IMG/VR virus record: IMGVR_UViG_3300021168_000016
Coordinates: 32,001 to 96,000 of that record
Direction: 5' to 3' (one strand)
DNA from: a virus
Length of the DNA: 64,000 bases
The notes beneath the pieces are model-generated. The model made no database searches, was not told the DNA's origin, and worked only from the letters and a program-made list of their open reading frames with translations. Made by a program: the position numbers and the translations under genes. Below are positions 42,801 through 53,034 of the stretch, piece after piece. Each line of letters starts with the position of its first letter. The stretch's first letter is position 1.

Positions 42801-44288
42801 TATGAGCCTGACAACAAGGAATTGCAAATCGAGTTTCAGAAGATGGATTCGAAAGAAGATCTTCTTCGTGAAATGCTCTGGTACTGCATCCGTACCAAAT
42901 ACGATCTTTGGCGGTACCCTTCTCTTGGCATCCGGGAGGGCTGGAACATCATTGAAGACTGCCATGAAGACGGTGATGCTCCTGAATTCCTTCGGAAGCT
43001 ACTTGGGAGCTAACCATGGCGAAACTTCAATCCAGTTGGAGTAGAGGGATAGACCTTGAAGGCTTGAATGAGACCGACAAGAAGCGAATTAAACAAGTCG
43101 GCCTCAATCAGTGGATGGATGAACTGTCTGCTAAGAATGAAAAGTCAGTAACCGAGAAGAAGTCAAAGGAGGTGATGCCAAGTGCCCCAATGGGAGCCAT
43201 TAAGGAACAATCTGCTGTAACGGGGGTGCACCGAGCCGAAACGAGTGCTGATCCAATCCTCGAGTTAGCTATATCAAAACTCAATAAAACACAGAAGCAA
43301 GTAGTTGCTTTCATAAAGGTTTCTAAGGAAAACGGTGGTGTTGTTACCTTTGAGCAATCTGCCAAAATTAACCCAAAGTACCCCGCGGATCCGGTATATT
43401 ATGCTAGGAAGGCCGGTTGGGCAGTGGAAACAGACCGAAAAGCAAAAGTCTTCAGGGTAGGTGCATATGTTCCTAAGACATCCTGATGGGGACGTAATCC
43501 TCAAAATGAGCCCGGACGATTATGATACTGTCCTTATGGCTCTTGGCTACTTCACAGGTGGGATGTCGAAACACAACCCTCAAGGTATGAATGATATGCT
43601 TAAGCTGATAAACAGGCTTAATGACGGAAACCCGCAGTACACACCATATGAAACGAAGTAAGGAGTTCTCTTTAAATCAAGGGAGGACAATGAGTGGTAT
43701 CATGGGGAGGGCACGAACACCATGAGAGGATTTAACAATGCCGGTACAGGAGGATACCCTCAAAATGAGATTGGTTCGGTTATCAATCTGTCCATGCGGT
43801 TTCTCAACTTTAGACGATTCGATTCTTGTAGGACAGACGTATGTCGTCTACCCAGGTACCATCAAAATGGGATTTAGCTACTTCTGTGGCGGCTGTAAAA
43901 GAACACTCACAAATATCGTTGCTATCAAGGCAGATCAGATTATAGAGACTGATCTAAAACCTGAATACTTACCTCTAAGATTATTCGATACGGAGTAACT
44001 ATGAGCAGAGAGAAACATGACGATAATTGCCGTGGCTGTATGCCGGCAGTCCTTGATCCAAAAACAGGAAAAGTACTTCCTGACACTCACTGGATTATGA
44101 AAGCTATCTACTCTGTCTGGAACCAAACGACATTGGAAGAAAGAGAAGCATTCCATCATGTCACAATCGATAACTCTCGTGATCCCAAAGAGATGGAGCT
44201 GTTCACAACGTTAGGAACAAAGTTCCAAGAGGCTATGATATTTGCGGAGGAGCAGAATGAATGCGGATACAGCAGCAGTAATACTTAA
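39813..44288 (+). other. run of small hypothetical CDSs, many with CxxC motifs
   Basis: tightly packed co-oriented ORFs with RBSs. Confidence 0.55.
41638..41979 (+). CDS. Cys-motif protein (DUF6283-like)
   Basis: PCELCPFRKD...FACH...CAG. Confidence 0.5.
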   Translation: MLFKIKHPCELCPFRKDVRPFLRRAQSIAEQMEDDHFWFACHETTGVKSGRRVRPAKQSHCAGLMGVLWKMKRPNIAMRLALMYKMITVKQLNSIQNVFNSLNEFKNHHDEEV

Positions 44289-44445
44289 ACTAACGAAAAT
44301 GCTTACTCCTGAGGAGTATGTATTCTTCCTAAACACTTCAAACCCATACATCGGTGGCCGTGAACCACAGGAGTTACTTGACAGCGACCCTGAACGAGTA
44401 CTCTCACTAGCACAAACATTTAAGCATCCTGCTGATGTATTTTAG
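44257..44445 (+). CDS. Xre/MbcA/ParS antitoxin C-terminal-like domain
   Basis: FLNTSNPYIGGREPQELL resembles WLxxPNxxLGGxxPxELL. Confidence 0.5.
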   Translation: MNADTAAVILKLTKMLTPEEYVFFLNTSNPYIGGREPQELLDSDPERVLSLAQTFKHPADVF

Positions 44446-44451
44446 GAAACA

Positions 44452-46056
44452 TTGATCTTGTCATTCCAAGGCGTCCGTTTTGTCGCACGCGAGACGTCTT
44501 CGAATGACATAGAAATGGTAAAGAAGGCAGGATTCCACTGGGACGGTAGTATTCGCGCTTACTGGACATCAATTGCATATCTTGCTGCTTCCTTCAAGCA
44601 GTATGCAGATGCTAGTGCACAGGTAAGGATTGGATATGACGATTCGCAGATTGCTCTTTCGCACGCTCTCGGTTCTACTCTACGTATTCCTGTTCCTGAT
44701 GGTTTATGTTACCTTCCTTTCCAGACCGTAGCAGCAGAGTATGCAATCCAGCGCAAAGATACACTGATAGCTGACCCTCCAGGTGCAGGGAAGAGCATTG
44801 AAGCTATTAGTATCATTAACTTCTTACCTGAAATCAAAAAGATCTTAATCATCTGTCCGGCATCATTAAGAATTAACTGGTCAAGAGAATTAATGCGGTG
44901 GCTAACAAAGGAGTTAACTGGAGGGTTTGCTCTAGGAGGGCAGTTCCCAGACACTAACATCATTATCACGAATTACGAACAGGTCAAAGCGTTTAGAAAG
45001 AGAATTGACAAGGAGAAATGGGATCTTGTCATCTTTGATGAGAGTCATATGTGTAAGAACCCAAAATCGCAACGAACGAGGGCTAGTCTTGGCTGGGTAA
45101 GTGAAACTGGTAAGACACACATTCCTCCCATTGATGCAGGTATGAGATTGTTCTTAACGGGTACTCCAATCCTTAACCGCCCTGTTGAATTATGGCCTAT
45201 GCTAAGGATCGCAGATCCTGATGGATTAGGAGCCAATCAACTCCAGTTCGAAAAGCATTACTGTGCTGCGTGGGATGCCCCTTGGGGGTATGACGCAACT
45301 GGAGTTTCAAAGAGACACTTAGAAGACTTACAGAAACGTCTACGAAGTAAATTGATGATCCGCAGATCAAAAGAATTGATCCTTCCTCAGTTACCTCCAA
45401 AGAGACGCCAAATCATTACACTACCGGCAGAAGCTGCTAGGCAGGCTATTCAAGCGGAACTTGATTACTACGAAAGAAATCAGACGGTCGTTGAAGAGGC
45501 TACAAAGAATGCGGCAGCAGAGATTGATTACCAGCAGGCAGCAGATCAACTAACAGAAGGTAAGGCCGCTCAGCTCTGGGAAATGAGTCGTTTACGTCAC
45601 GCTACGGGACAAGCGAAGATCCCTTACATCATTGAATACCTTGAACAAGCATTAGCAGAAAGAGAGAAAGTAGTAGTCTTTGCACATCACAGAGATATAA
45701 TTGACGCAATCGTAAAGCATTTCAAGAAGAAAGCAGTGTCTCATCACGGTGGGATGACAAATGATGAGAAGCAGAAAAGTATTGACAGGTTTCAAGGGGA
45801 TAAGTCGGTCAACATATTTGTAGGTTCAATCACAATGGCAGTTGGATATACGTTGACAGCCGCTAGTCTAGTGGTAATAGCTGAACTTGACTGGCGAAGT
45901 TCTGTCGTTCTTCAGGCAGAAGATAGGTTACATCGAATTGGACAAATGAATCCTGTCCAAGTTTCTCATCTCATTTTCGACAACAGTTTGGATTCAAGAA
46001 TAGTGTTTCGTGTAATTGAGAAGGAAGAAATAGCAGAAAAAGCATTAGGGAGTTGA
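44452..46056 (+). CDS. SNF2/HARP-like DEAD/DEAH helicase
   Basis: LIADPPGAGKS, ICPASL, FDESH, LTGTPILNRP, VVFAHHRD, QAEDRLHRIGQ. Confidence 0.9.
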   Translation: MILSFQGVRFVARETSSNDIEMVKKAGFHWDGSIRAYWTSIAYLAASFKQYADASAQVRIGYDDSQIALSHALGSTLRIPVPDGLCYLPFQTVAAEYAIQRKDTLIADPPGAGKSIEAISIINFLPEIKKILIICPASLRINWSRELMRWLTKELTGGFALGGQFPDTNIIITNYEQVKAFRKRIDKEKWDLVIFDESHMCKNPKSQRTRASLGWVSETGKTHIPPIDAGMRLFLTGTPILNRPVELWPMLRIADPDGLGANQLQFEKHYCAAWDAPWGYDATGVSKRHLEDLQKRLRSKLMIRRSKELILPQLPPKRRQIITLPAEAARQAIQAELDYYERNQTVVEEATKNAAAEIDYQQAADQLTEGKAAQLWEMSRLRHATGQAKIPYIIEYLEQALAEREKVVVFAHHRDIIDAIVKHFKKKAVSHHGGMTNDEKQKSIDRFQGDKSVNIFVGSITMAVGYTLTAASLVVIAELDWRSSVVLQAEDRLHRIGQMNPVQVSHLIFDNSLDSRIVFRVIEKEEIAEKALGS

Positions 46057-46606
46057 AAGGAGGAAAGAAATGTCAATCATGCTAGAGCAAGGTAAGAGTC
46101 TTGGATTATGGAGCTTTGCACTTCCAAAAGGTTGGAAGTATGATGAAACCCATATCGGAGGAGACTACCTAAGCCACCTTGGATATGATGAGTTTAATGG
46201 GGAGAAGGTCATTAAACTAACCTATCGATTCAGATATTACAACGTTGTTGACACAAATGATCCGTACAAGGATGATGATATCAAGAACTGGTTTAGCGTA
46301 ATCCTTGACCTTGAAAAGGTAACAGAAGCCTATGCCATTGCATCAACTCGTGAAATGATGCAGGAAATGGCATCAGCAGCAGGAACTAAACTCCATGAAT
46401 TCCTTGTCGGAAATGATTTTAAAGCGTTCTCTGAGAGAGTTCAGGACGCGCCTTTTGCTTACTCAAGGATGGCTACTAAAGAAGAAATGGAGGACTTAAG
46501 AAGAGAACACATTGCCGAACAAGTAAAGAAGGCAGGTTAACCAAAACAAACAGAAGGTAACCGGAGATTCTCAAATAGAGATTCTCTACATAGGAGAAAC
46601 ACAAAA

Positions 46607-47176
46607 ATGAGAGGAGAAACAAATGAACGACAATCCGGAGAAGAACGAGAGTACGAAGGAAGAGAGTACGAAGGCCACGTCACGTTCGCGAGTGGTTACG
46701 TTACGCGGTACCTCGAAGATTATGCCCACGGAATTAACGTCGCTTCGAGCGACTTTGCCGACAGGGTGGTCTCACTTATTCGTACCGCGCAGGGCAGGGA
46801 AGTACGTGGGGCTGATAATCATGTGTCCCCATTGCGACGCAACGGCACCGAAAACAATCAAGCCGTGGAACCGCTGGAGGTACATGGCCTGCCACATAGC
46901 GAAACACAAGTAAGAAAGCCTCGCCGAGTTGATCTTCCTGTCAGATGTAAAATCTGTAACAGGTTATTTCCCACTCGAAGTAAATTCATGTCACACAAAC
47001 TCAGGAAGCATAGTCCTGGAAAGACAGGAGCAGAAGTCCACAGAAAGAATGTAAGTAAGGGAGCTGTCGGTTACTGGTCACAATTTACTCCTGAACAACG
47101 AAGTGCGGAGATGAGAAGGAGGCAAGATGTATCAAGGAAGAAAAAGCTTGAAGAAGTAAGAAGAAAGGCAGCATAA
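46607..47176 (+). CDS. hypothetical protein with C2H2 zinc finger
   Basis: CKICNRLFPTRSKFMSHKLRKH. Confidence 0.55.
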   Translation: MRGETNERQSGEEREYEGREYEGHVTFASGYVTRYLEDYAHGINVASSDFADRVVSLIRTAQGREVRGADNHVSPLRRNGTENNQAVEPLEVHGLPHSETQVRKPRRVDLPVRCKICNRLFPTRSKFMSHKLRKHSPGKTGAEVHRKNVSKGAVGYWSQFTPEQRSAEMRRRQDVSRKKKLEEVRRKAA

Positions 47177-47515
47177 AAACTTCCTTCAGGAGCAGGCTTC
47201 GCAGAGCCTGCTAAGTGGGAGGTTTTTCTATGAATGAAAATGATTATTCTTTTGTGACAGTGAAGAGTATGGAAAAAGCAGTAAACCAGCTAGGTTCTGA
47301 AGAAATGGCTGCTCATCCTGAGATGCATGAATTAGTCAGTAAGATTACAGAAGCTATGAAGGCTTCCGATCTTGTCGCTTACTTTCTAAAACAGCTGATT
47401 AGAAATGCAGGTAAACAGGGCGAACTTACTAAGAATGTATTGACCGCGGCGATAGCTTTTACATCTGGTGTTAATGTTGGGATTAACATAACACTCAATG
47501 AAGAAAAGGAGAGGT

Positions 47516-48589
47516 ATGATGGCAAATCGTGAATCCATAAAGTTTGTATCTGCGGCTTTGGATGAGGACGGCAATGGAAATATTGTTCTGAGAGGAGTAA
47601 TTGAACCTGCTTCACTCTATTTGTTAAAAGTAGGGGCTTATCAGCGGGAGATACTCCCAATCACAAAGATTAAAGATCTCGAAGAGGTCTTTAGTACAGG
47701 TGGACGGATTCCTGATATCGATTTAGGTATGCGTGGAGGCAACTTCCTTGAGAAAGAAAGTGCATTCTTTCTACAGGACGACACATATATTATCGATGGC
47801 CTCCAGCGAGTTACAGCAGCAAAGAAAACAATAGAATCAGGAAAGGTTCCACGGTTGGGTGGCATTGTCCATTTCAACACCACAGAAGAATGGGAAAGAA
47901 ATCGGTTCAGAATCCTCAATACAATGAACACGAAGCTGTCACCAAATGTGCTGCTTCGTAACATGCAGACAGAATACAATGCAATAGAATTACTCTACAC
48001 AATATCAAAGGATAAAAGCTTCGTACTTGGAGGGAAGGTTTGCTGGCAGCAGCGAATGAAGAGAGACGAATTAATCACAGCCTTAACAATGCTGAGAGTG
48101 GCGGGCATCATCCATGCAATTTATGGGCCGTCAAGAGGGGGAAACTTTAAGATAGCTGCGGCTCAGCTTGAGAAGATCTATAACAAGATAGGAAGGAACA
48201 ACCTCCGTGAGAATATCAAAACATTCTGGAGTATGATGGATCAAAGCTTTAAGTTGAGTTTTGTCACATATAAGGAGAGGCAAACCTTCCTAAAGTCTGC
48301 GTTTATACTAACGCTGGCTGGTGTAATCGGTGATCACGCTAACTACTGGAAAGACGCAAAGCTGTTCATCTCGAAAGAACAGATTCGACAGATTGCTCAG
48401 TTCCCAATCAACGATCCGCAGATTGTCTCCTTAGCCAGTTATTCCATAGGGGGATCATCGGGAGATCTTCTATACCAGATTTTACTCAAGCATCTGAACA
48501 AAGGAAAGACAAAAAACCGATTGATTTCTCACAGAAAGTCGCTTAGGCAGAGCAAGAAAGAACAAACACAGGAATTATCAGAGGAATAG
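47516..48589 (+). CDS. ParB/DGQHR-like domain protein
   Basis: YQRE...YIIDGLQRVTA...ERNRFRILN. Confidence 0.6.
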   Translation: MMANRESIKFVSAALDEDGNGNIVLRGVIEPASLYLLKVGAYQREILPITKIKDLEEVFSTGGRIPDIDLGMRGGNFLEKESAFFLQDDTYIIDGLQRVTAAKKTIESGKVPRLGGIVHFNTTEEWERNRFRILNTMNTKLSPNVLLRNMQTEYNAIELLYTISKDKSFVLGGKVCWQQRMKRDELITALTMLRVAGIIHAIYGPSRGGNFKIAAAQLEKIYNKIGRNNLRENIKTFWSMMDQSFKLSFVTYKERQTFLKSAFILTLAGVIGDHANYWKDAKLFISKEQIRQIAQFPINDPQIVSLASYSIGGSSGDLLYQILLKHLNKGKTKNRLISHRKSLRQSKKEQTQELSEE

Positions 48590-49193
48590 ACAAAACATGA
48601 CAATGAAAAAGAAGATACCTGCCCCTCTCTCAATCGAACAACTCAAAGCTAAAGTAAAGGAAATACCGGCTGTGATTCCTAAGCACGCAACGATGCCGAG
48701 TACATCTAGTCGTGTAAACAGTAAAGATATAGCAACAGGGAAAGCAAAGTTCAGTCACACTGATATCTCAGCAATTGGCTACTCTGAAGAAGTTGTCGGA
48801 GTAGATACGGATGGAAAGGAACATAAGTTTGGTGGTGGCGTATGGATCAATCTCAACTGGTCAGTACCTGGATTTGGTTTCGGTGAGATAGAATTAAGAA
48901 AGACACCGGGAGGCAAGATCCAAATCCAAACAGAAAGACTGGGCAAGGAATTTGCCAAAGCAATGTTCTGTGATCTAATAGACAGAGCAGAGGAAAAAGA
49001 ATGATTAACATGAAGGACTACTTCAACTTCGGTAGTAAAGTCAAGGCACACGGGAAGGAATGGTACAAAATCCTTCCCGTAGGAATCGACTGCTACCTTG
49101 CCATCTCAGCAGATGCTGAGGATTACCCTGCAGAGATCTTTCTGATTAAACCTGACAAAAACTACCCTGCACCGAAATAGAAAGGAAGATATC

Positions 49194-49715
49194 GTGCATC
49201 GTGTCAAGGACAGTAGTAATGTTTACGGCCTGGATTGGAAAGATAACAATCTCGACGTAACCTATAAACTCAACAAGAATTCAGACATGCCGGGAGAGAC
49301 GTATCGTTATTTTGGGGTTCCTGAAGGAATATTTATTCTTTGCTTAGCCGCAAGATCTAAAGGGGAATACTTAAACACATGGGTAAAACAGGTGGGGTAT
49401 AGATACGAGAAACTACCACAGGCCCATGCTATAGCGAAAGAAGTCGAAAAGGAAGAAAGTGCGGAAGTCGACGAGGTCATTAAGTATTTAGAAGAGAAAG
49501 GACTAGTCAGAACAGAACTAGACGACAATATGGTTAGACGTGTCGTTGTAACAGGAGATATTGCTCATGAAATCATTAACTCTTTTGTCTCACTGCCTGA
49601 AAGAATGAAGAAAAGTAAGAATGCTCTGCGGAGAATCGTTGAAGGTATACTCAGACAGAATCTTGATCCAATACCGAAAGCACTAGCAGAATATATTCGG
49701 GAGAGGAAGAAATGA
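49194..49715 (+). CDS. KTSC domain protein
   Basis: SSNV...LDVTY...YRYFGVP...AARSKGEYLN. Confidence 0.7.
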   Translation: MHRVKDSSNVYGLDWKDNNLDVTYKLNKNSDMPGETYRYFGVPEGIFILCLAARSKGEYLNTWVKQVGYRYEKLPQAHAIAKEVEKEESAEVDEVIKYLEEKGLVRTELDDNMVRRVVVTGDIAHEIINSFVSLPERMKKSKNALRRIVEGILRQNLDPIPKALAEYIRERKK

Positions 49716-50429
49716 GATGGTTCGGAGAAAACTGGGGTGCTCCTATCTGTAAGACGACTAAGCACGCGCCAACTCCTGAAGGTTTACCCTGTGCTCATAA
49801 CTGTCAACACAGCATCAGAGAGGGAGATATTGGAGTGCTTATCCCTTATACAGGTCCTCCTTTAGTACATGGGCAATACATAATGGCAGCTGGAATACCG
49901 CACATTGGCTACCACCTCGTCTGTTTCTTTGATGAAATCGGTATACGAGGGAAAACACATGACTGAACACATAGAAAAGATATACGCTCCTTGGACAGAA
50001 AGTGAAGTTCACGCTCTGAATAAGTACCAGGTTTCTGGGCTTATGCATCCATTCACATGCGGTGAAGAACACGGGAGAGAATCTGTTCTAGAAGCTACAG
50101 TAGATGGATGGGTATGTCCAGTGCCCCTTTGCTATTACACCCAAGATTGGTGCTACAGCTGGATGATAAATATTGGAAAGGAAGAGGTATGACGGAAGTA
50201 CATCTTGATGCAATAATGCCAAAGGAGCATGTACAGGAATTTCTGCAATTAATGCGTACATTTGATCTGACACATCCTGACTGTCATTTTGAGGTAACAA
50301 CGAATGATACTAATATGACAGCTGAGGAAGCAAGAGCAATCCTAGAAAAGATTCAACCGCCATTCTCAAGTTTGAAGGAATATAAGGGAGGGAATTCATA
50401 ATTTTAGAGTAGCGGTATATATAAAATAT

Positions 50430-50900
50430 ATGGTCTACTTCATTCAAAGTGCCTGCCCAAAAGGGCTTATCAAGATAGGTAATTCGGATAAACCCTTAAC
50501 CAGGTTGAAAGAACTTCAAACAGCTAATGGTTACAAACTGACATTCCTGAAGATTATTCAGGGAGGTTATCAGGAAGAATTAATCACAAAGAAGAGATTC
50601 AGGCAGTTCCGTGTTTTGGAGGGCGGAACCGAGTGGTTTAAACCAGAAAAGGAACTACTCGATTACATCAAATCACTGGTATTAGAACAGGCATTTGAAA
50701 TGCCTACTACTTACCAAGAAATACCTGGAAAGTATGATCCGAGTATTATATCACAAACAGCACTACTTTCTTTGTCTAGTCGAAGACAACTTTCAAAGAG
50801 GACTGAGATAAGCAATGAACAACTTCTTTCAACGGTGAAGAAGCAAGAATTACCTTCACGAATTGATTTTTCGTTACAAATCAAACTAAGGAGAATATGA
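50430..50900 (+). CDS. GIY-YIG/T5orf172 family nuclease domain protein
   Basis: VYFIQ...IKIGNS..PLTRLKELQTAN...EWF. Confidence 0.8.
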   Translation: MVYFIQSACPKGLIKIGNSDKPLTRLKELQTANGYKLTFLKIIQGGYQEELITKKRFRQFRVLEGGTEWFKPEKELLDYIKSLVLEQAFEMPTTYQEIPGKYDPSIISQTALLSLSSRRQLSKRTEISNEQLLSTVKKQELPSRIDFSLQIKLRRI

Positions 50901-50901
50901 T

Positions 50902-51555
50902 ATGAGTACAGCAGAAGTAATTCAGTTTGAGGAATCTGAATCTCAAGAGATTTCTCTTACAAAGATGTATGAAATCGCAGTAGAATCACTAAGTCCCGTC
51001 GGATTCGGACGATACTATGAACGAGAATATCCGGCAACACCTGTGGAACAAAACAATAAAGAGACGTATGAAGAACGGACTTGGATGAAACGCCTCTGGA
51101 TAAACGAAGACGGTAAAGTCTTCATTCCTGGAGTATCATTCAAAGGGGCGTATGTAAACGCTGCGGGACAGAATATGCTCCCTGATAGAGTTCCAAATAC
51201 TGGGAATAAAGGGACTTACACGAAACACTTCGCTGCTGGTTTCCATGTTATCAACAATGTTGTTACTGAATATACTGAAGCAGATGTTGTCAGGAATAAA
51301 TGGGGAAAGTGGTTACATGTTCCCGCAAATGCACAACGAGGAGGGAAGACAAGGGTTATGCGCTGCTTCCCAACAATCCCAAAGTGGGCCGGCAAACTAC
51401 AGGTAATCACCCATGATCCTTGTTTGACTAAAGATATCCTAAAGCGTTTCGGAGATGCAGCAGGGTTAGTAATTGGCGTCGGTTCTCTTCGTGTCCAAAA
51501 CAACGGAATGTGGGGGCAATTCCGAGTAGTTTCTGTAGAAGAAAAAGCTTTTTAA
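50902..51555 (+). CDS. stand-alone Cas7/Csm3-like RAMP protein (Vipr-like effector)
   Basis: N-terminal beta strand then ESLSP; FIPGVSFKGA resembles the RAMP IPGSSLKG motif; C-terminal Gly-rich loop GVGSLRVQNNGMWGQFRV; immediately followed by the pentamer array. Confidence 0.8.
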   Translation: MSTAEVIQFEESESQEISLTKMYEIAVESLSPVGFGRYYEREYPATPVEQNNKETYEERTWMKRLWINEDGKVFIPGVSFKGAYVNAAGQNMLPDRVPNTGNKGTYTKHFAAGFHVINNVVTEYTEADVVRNKWGKWLHVPANAQRGGKTRVMRCFPTIPKWAGKLQVITHDPCLTKDILKRFGDAAGLVIGVGSLRVQNNGMWGQFRVVSVEEKAF

Positions 51556-51879
51556 GATTCGATGCGATGCAATACGCTGAAATATGATAGGATTTGATGG
51601 AATATAATCTAATCGGATTAGATTTGATAAGATACGAAGTATTTTTATACTGGAATTATGATAGGATCAGATCAAATCTGATGGAATCAAATCGGATAAA
51701 ATAAGATCGAATGTGATCTGAGAGAATGAGATTTAATTTGATAAGATATGAAGTATTTTTATACTGGAATTATCATGCGATGAGATAAGATGTAATATAA
51801 TCTGATACCATCAGCCAAGATCTGTTTTGATGGGACCGGATGCGATATGATACGAGATTTTTCACTTTCGGAGAATCTC
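51556..51879 (+). ncRNA. array of three (RAT-NN)n guide-like RNAs (16, 18, 16 pentamers) with identical 24-nt linkers and terminal hairpin
   Basis: units 51556-51635, 51660-51749, 51774-51853; linker GAAGTATTTTTATACTGGAATTAT at 51636 and 51750; final GAGATT...AATCTC hairpin. Confidence 0.85.
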
Positions 51880-51880
51880 T

Positions 51881-52585
51881 GTGCTACAAGACTCCCTCGA
51901 CAAAATAATCGGAACATACTTTGCAGGAATTACTCGATCAAGTTTTACTTACAAAGACAGAGTCTACCCACCACAAAATCTTTTAGTAAGTCATTTGTTG
52001 TTTAGAGGATACACTTGTCCTGAAAATTGTGGAGGGTGTTGTCCGCGATTTTCTCTGGATTACCTGACCTCAGAGTACTGTCCGATGCCACAAGTCAAAC
52101 TCAGGGAAGTTGACTTTAATGGGAGTAAGATTCCCATTATATCCGATATGCAACTTGATCATCAGGACCACCATTGCAAAAATCTGACTAAATCAAACGG
52201 CAGATGCGGAATTCACGGAAACCAACCATTTTCATGTGATTTTGAATTATGTCGATTTCTAACCTTCAATGACAGAAATGTATTAACTTCCAAATTATTC
52301 GGTAGAGGCTGGGCTTTTCTTCGAACCGATAACGAAAGAGGAGCTCTTTGTGAGATGCTTCCAGTCACTAAAGAAACGATTGACGAAGTCATAAGGAAGC
52401 TGATCCGATTAAAGCAGTGGGCAGAGTATTTCGGCGTCGATCATTGCTTAGACGCTATAATCCAATGGGCAAGATCAGGATCAGGAATGGATCTTCTTAT
52501 CCCGAAACACAAAAAGGTGGGACTAAATATAAAAAGCATTTCCGGCCCGCAAGAAGAAGACCCGTTAATTCAAATAGAGTTATGA
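51881..52585 (+). CDS. YkgJ/CxxCxxCC cysteine-cluster protein
   Basis: CPENCGGCC...CKNL...GRCGIH..QPFSC. Confidence 0.7.
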   Translation: MLQDSLDKIIGTYFAGITRSSFTYKDRVYPPQNLLVSHLLFRGYTCPENCGGCCPRFSLDYLTSEYCPMPQVKLREVDFNGSKIPIISDMQLDHQDHHCKNLTKSNGRCGIHGNQPFSCDFELCRFLTFNDRNVLTSKLFGRGWAFLRTDNERGALCEMLPVTKETIDEVIRKLIRLKQWAEYFGVDHCLDAIIQWARSGSGMDLLIPKHKKVGLNIKSISGPQEEDPLIQIEL

Positions 52586-53034
52586 AAAAACTACCTATTA
52601 GAAACAGAAAACTCCCTAAGAAGGGGCTGCTTCGCAAGAAAAAGGAATTCTGTAAAACAAGCCACCCATTGTGGAATGTTTACTCTAGTATGGACACTAG
52701 GTGTAATAAGGATAATAGTTCCGACTACCGCCACTATGGCGGACGAGGAATTAAAATGTGTGAAAGATGGTCGTCTTCACTTAAAAATGATAAAGGCTTC
52801 TGGAATTTTATAGAAGATATGGGTCCAAGACCTGAAGGTCGTACACCTTCAGGAAAACGGCCTGCTTTCACACTAGAACGTAGAGATAATAATCTAGGTT
52901 ACAGCAAAAAAAACTGCTACTGGGCACCTTGGAAGGAACAAGCCAATAATAGACGAAAACCTAAAAGCATCGCTCAACTGGCTAGAGCCAAAGCGTTTAC
53001 TAATGTTATGAGATTAGGATTCTACGGTAGTTAA
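52582..53034 (+). CDS. HNH endonuclease (YGGRGI type)
   Basis: HPLWNVYSSMDTRC...YGGRGIKMCERW...FIEDMGPRP...TLERRDNNLGYSKKNCYWA. Confidence 0.85.
   Translation: MKKLPIRNRKLPKKGLLRKKKEFCKTSHPLWNVYSSMDTRCNKDNSSDYRHYGGRGIKMCERWSSSLKNDKGFWNFIEDMGPRPEGRTPSGKRPAFTLERRDNNLGYSKKNCYWAPWKEQANNRRKPKSIAQLARAKAFTNVMRLGFYGS

Noticed and set aside
51556-51879. Canonical CRISPR array (24-nt repeat x2)
   Set aside because: The intervening 80-90 nt segments are themselves 5-nt periodic rather than unique spacers, and no cas1/cas2/cas6 is seen; recorded as a pentamer guide array instead
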